DNA from: Octopus sinensis
Taxonomy: Eukaryota
DNA length: 10,187 bases
Direction: 5' to 3'
NCBI RefSeq assembly: GCF_006345805.1
Contig: NW_021827602.1
Location: 1-10,187 of the forward strand
Of the stretch, positions 8,118 through 10,187 are shown in pieces; positions within the stretch are counted from its first letter, which is position 1, and each line of letters begins with the position of its first letter. The notes beneath the pieces are model-generated. The model ran no database searches and was not told the DNA's origin. It saw nothing but the letters and a program-made list of their open reading frames with translations. Both the position numbers and the translations under genes were made by a program.

Positions 8118-8161
8118 AATTGCACTGACGAAACCCGTGAGGTTGAAACGCTTTAGCAATT
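8118..8161 (+). ncRNA. Minimal type I hammerhead ribozyme-like motif (Penelope-type), probably decayed
   Basis: CTGACGA core (8125-8131), perfect stem II AACC/GGTT with a 5-nt loop, GAAA (8145-8148), ACGCTT where a palindromic ACGCGT stem III is expected, and stem I AATTGC (8118-8123)/GCAATT (8156-8161). Confidence 0.6.
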
Positions 8162-8497
8162 AAGAAATTATTAATGAAATATAAAATGGATTAACCATAT
8201 CATTATCTATTTGTTACACCAATTTGTATTTTCCAACTGTATCACAGAAAATAATTTATAAAATAAAATATCCTGAAAATTATTTTAATTCATTACATTA
8301 CAAAAAGTAAATAATGAACGCGGCTGATAGATCAAAGAGTTCTTACACTCGTTTATGAAGCCGGTTTATTACATGCGAAGTTGTTCGCCGCCATATTAAT
8401 AGTAGTTTATGGAAACAAGCTGAGATGAATACCAAAATTAATGTCGATCTCTATGTGTGTATATGTGAGTACATACAGATATTCATAGCGATCGTAA

Positions 8498-8913
8498 GAC
8501 GGTCAGCTGGCAGAATCGTTAGCATGCCGGACAAGATGCTTAACAGCATTTCGTCCGTCCTTAATTTCTCAGTTTAAATTATGTTTCAGGGTCAATGAAA
8601 TAAGTACCTATTTCTTTACCACCCTCAAGGGGCTAAACACAGAGAGGACAAACAAGGACAGACACACGGATTAAGTCGATTACATCGACCCCAGGGCGTA
8701 ACTGGTACTTATTTAATCGCCCCCGAAAGGATGAAAGGCAAAGTTGACCCGGGCGGAATTTGAATTCACAGCGTTACGGCAGACGAAATACCTAAGCATT
8801 TCGCCCGGCGCGGTAACGTTTCTGCCAGCTACCAGTGGAGTACTGGGGTCGATATAACTGCATTACCTCTTCCCTAAAATTCCTGCCCTACGCCAAAAAT
8901 TGCAACCAATATT
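8498..8913 (+). mobile_element. Older SINE family A copy split by a nested insertion (parts 8498-8608 and 8831-8913)
   Basis: The head cagctggcagaatcgttagc and core gggtcaatgaaataagtacc resume after the insert as accagtggagtactggggtcgatata. There is an internal deletion after the B box. Confidence 0.8.
8609..8830 (-). mobile_element. Younger SINE family A copy nested in antisense orientation, lacking the first ~7 nt of the head
   Basis: High similarity to the 100-884 unit with the same tail type; flanked by TACC at 8605-8608 and 8830-8833. Confidence 0.88.
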
Positions 8914-8993
8914 GGTACAGGAATAAATGACGTTTGAAATTTCAGCCATGGCTTTAGTATTGTCGTTAAACTATTATAACAAATGCAGATAAT

Positions 8994-9086
8994 ACTGTGT
9001 GGTTAAGAATATCGCTTCACAACTATGAGTTCCAGGGTTCGATTACACTTCATGGCCTCTTGGAGCATTGCGTTTACCATAGCCTC
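8994..9086 (+). mobile_element. Highly decayed head of SINE family B
   Basis: ctgtgtggttaagaatatcgcttcacaac...gggttcgattacac...catagcctc aligns loosely with the heads ending at 7741 and 9694. Confidence 0.55.
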
Positions 9087-9210
9087 ACATCACCTCCTGT
9101 TTGGCATCCTGATGGATAGGATGTAATTCAAAGCATCCTTCCTCTCATAATTATGTCATGCTACTTCGAGAATTATGTTAAGAGAAACTTGAAGGGACTT
9201 TATATGTATA

Positions 9211-9267
9211 AACACTCACATACAAACACACATACACATACACACACACACAAACTCATACACACAT
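9211..9267. repeat. Imperfect (AC)n tract
   Basis: Direct reading. Confidence 0.85.
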
Positions 9268-9280
9268 ATCTTTTATAATT

Positions 9281-9694
9281 TGTTTGTTTCAGCCATTAGA
9301 CTGCAGCCATGCTGGTGCACCGCCTTGAAGAGTTTCTTTTAGTTGCTTGAATCGACGACAGTACTAATTCTATCAGTCACATTTGCCGAACCACTAAGAT
9401 ACGGGAACATAAACACACCAACACCGGTTTCAAGTGGTGGTGGTGGTGGGGGAAAAGCACAGACACAACGAGACACACAGATATATATACATATATGTGT
9501 GTTTGTGTATGTATGTGTGTGGTGGAGGGTTTACACGACGGCTTCTTTCAGTTTCTGTCCTAATCCACTGGCAAAGCTTTGGCTGACTCGAGACTATAGT
9601 AGAAGACACTTGCCTAAGGTGCCACACAGTGGGACTGAACCCGGTACCTTGTGCTTGAGAAGCACACTTGTTACCACGCAGCCACACCTGCGCC
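9281..9694 (-). mobile_element. SINE family B, second more diverged near-full copy
   Basis: Colinear with 7344-7741 from the tail (gtttcagccattagactgcagccatgctggtgcaccgcc) to the head (cagccacacctgcgcc). Confidence 0.88.
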
Positions 9695-9786
9695 TATTTA
9701 CGCTGATAGTAAGGGGTGTGTCTAACACCACGTCTACCCGCTTTAGCAATTACTAATAATACTAATAATGTAATATTTCTAGTGAG

Positions 9787-9805
9787 TCTCTCTCTCTCTC
9801 TCTCT
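9787..9805. repeat. (CT)n microsatellite
   Basis: Direct reading. Confidence 0.9.
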
Positions 9806-9830
9806 AACCCACCTCTCGTTTTCCTTTCCC

Positions 9831-10187
9831 GGATCTTTTCGGTTTGAACGGCAGTTTTTTCTAGCGGTGTCATATGAAATTGTCACCCATAATTATGACC
9901 CTAGTAACGATCTATTGCATTTCAATCTGTTTTAGGGTTAGAGTTAGTTAGGGTTAGGTTTAGGGTTAGGGATGGGGGAAGGGTATCTTTTTTTATTCAC
10001 AAATGTAAATAAACCCAATCTGTTTCTTAAACGAGGGACATATTCATACAGCACAGAATATTTTTTTACCTCAACAGACGTCAGTGATTGGTTGAAATTG
10101 CAGAAATTGAAGAAAAAAACAACAACAAATATCTTACAAACTATAAAATTTTCTCAATAAAGCCAAGAGAAAAAAGATGTTTTATAA
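9831..10187. mobile_element. Probable non-autonomous DNA element (MITE- or Helentron-associated-like) with internal telomeric repeats; runs off the window edge
   Basis: Non-coding, begins GGATCTTTTCGGTTTGAACGGCAGTTTTTT and carries an internal TTAGGG block. It resembles an interspersed repeat I recall from octopus DNA, but the other end is not visible. Confidence 0.45.
9932..9971 (+). repeat. Short interstitial telomere-like array (four exact TTAGGG plus variants TTAGAG, TTAG, TTAGGT)
   Basis: Exact TTAGGG at 9932, 9948, 9960 and 9966. Confidence 0.9.

Noticed and set aside
9739-9752. 14-nt exact repeat CGCTTTAGCAATTA of the hammerhead 3' half (8149-8162)
   Set aside because: No catalytic core or flanking similarity accompanies it, and one 14-mer match in 10 kb of AT-rich DNA is plausible by chance.
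9932-9971. True chromosome end
   Set aside because: The array is short and degenerate and is followed by more than 200 nt of ordinary sequence.

Overview
This is repeat-dominated, AT-rich eukaryotic non-coding DNA, and I recognise no intact host gene. The extreme microsatellite load and the tRNA-headed SINE families strongly suggest a coleoid cephalopod, probably Octopus (recognised from memory, not searched). The window holds two tRNA-derived SINE families. Family A has five loci, including a four-unit head-to-tail concatemer and a nested insertion; family B has two near-full copies and a decayed head. Three divergent, co-oriented 3' fragments of R4/Dong-type non-LTR retrotransposons (restriction-like endonuclease domain) lie against (TAA)n-type arrays. 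There is also a decayed L1/Tx1-type AP-endonuclease start, a near-canonical minimal type I hammerhead ribozyme motif of the Penelope type, and a probable non-autonomous DNA element carrying TTAGGG repeats and a G-quadruplex motif that runs off the right edge. Two weak candidate host exons are noted. Most ORFs in the supplied track are microsatellite or SINE artefacts.
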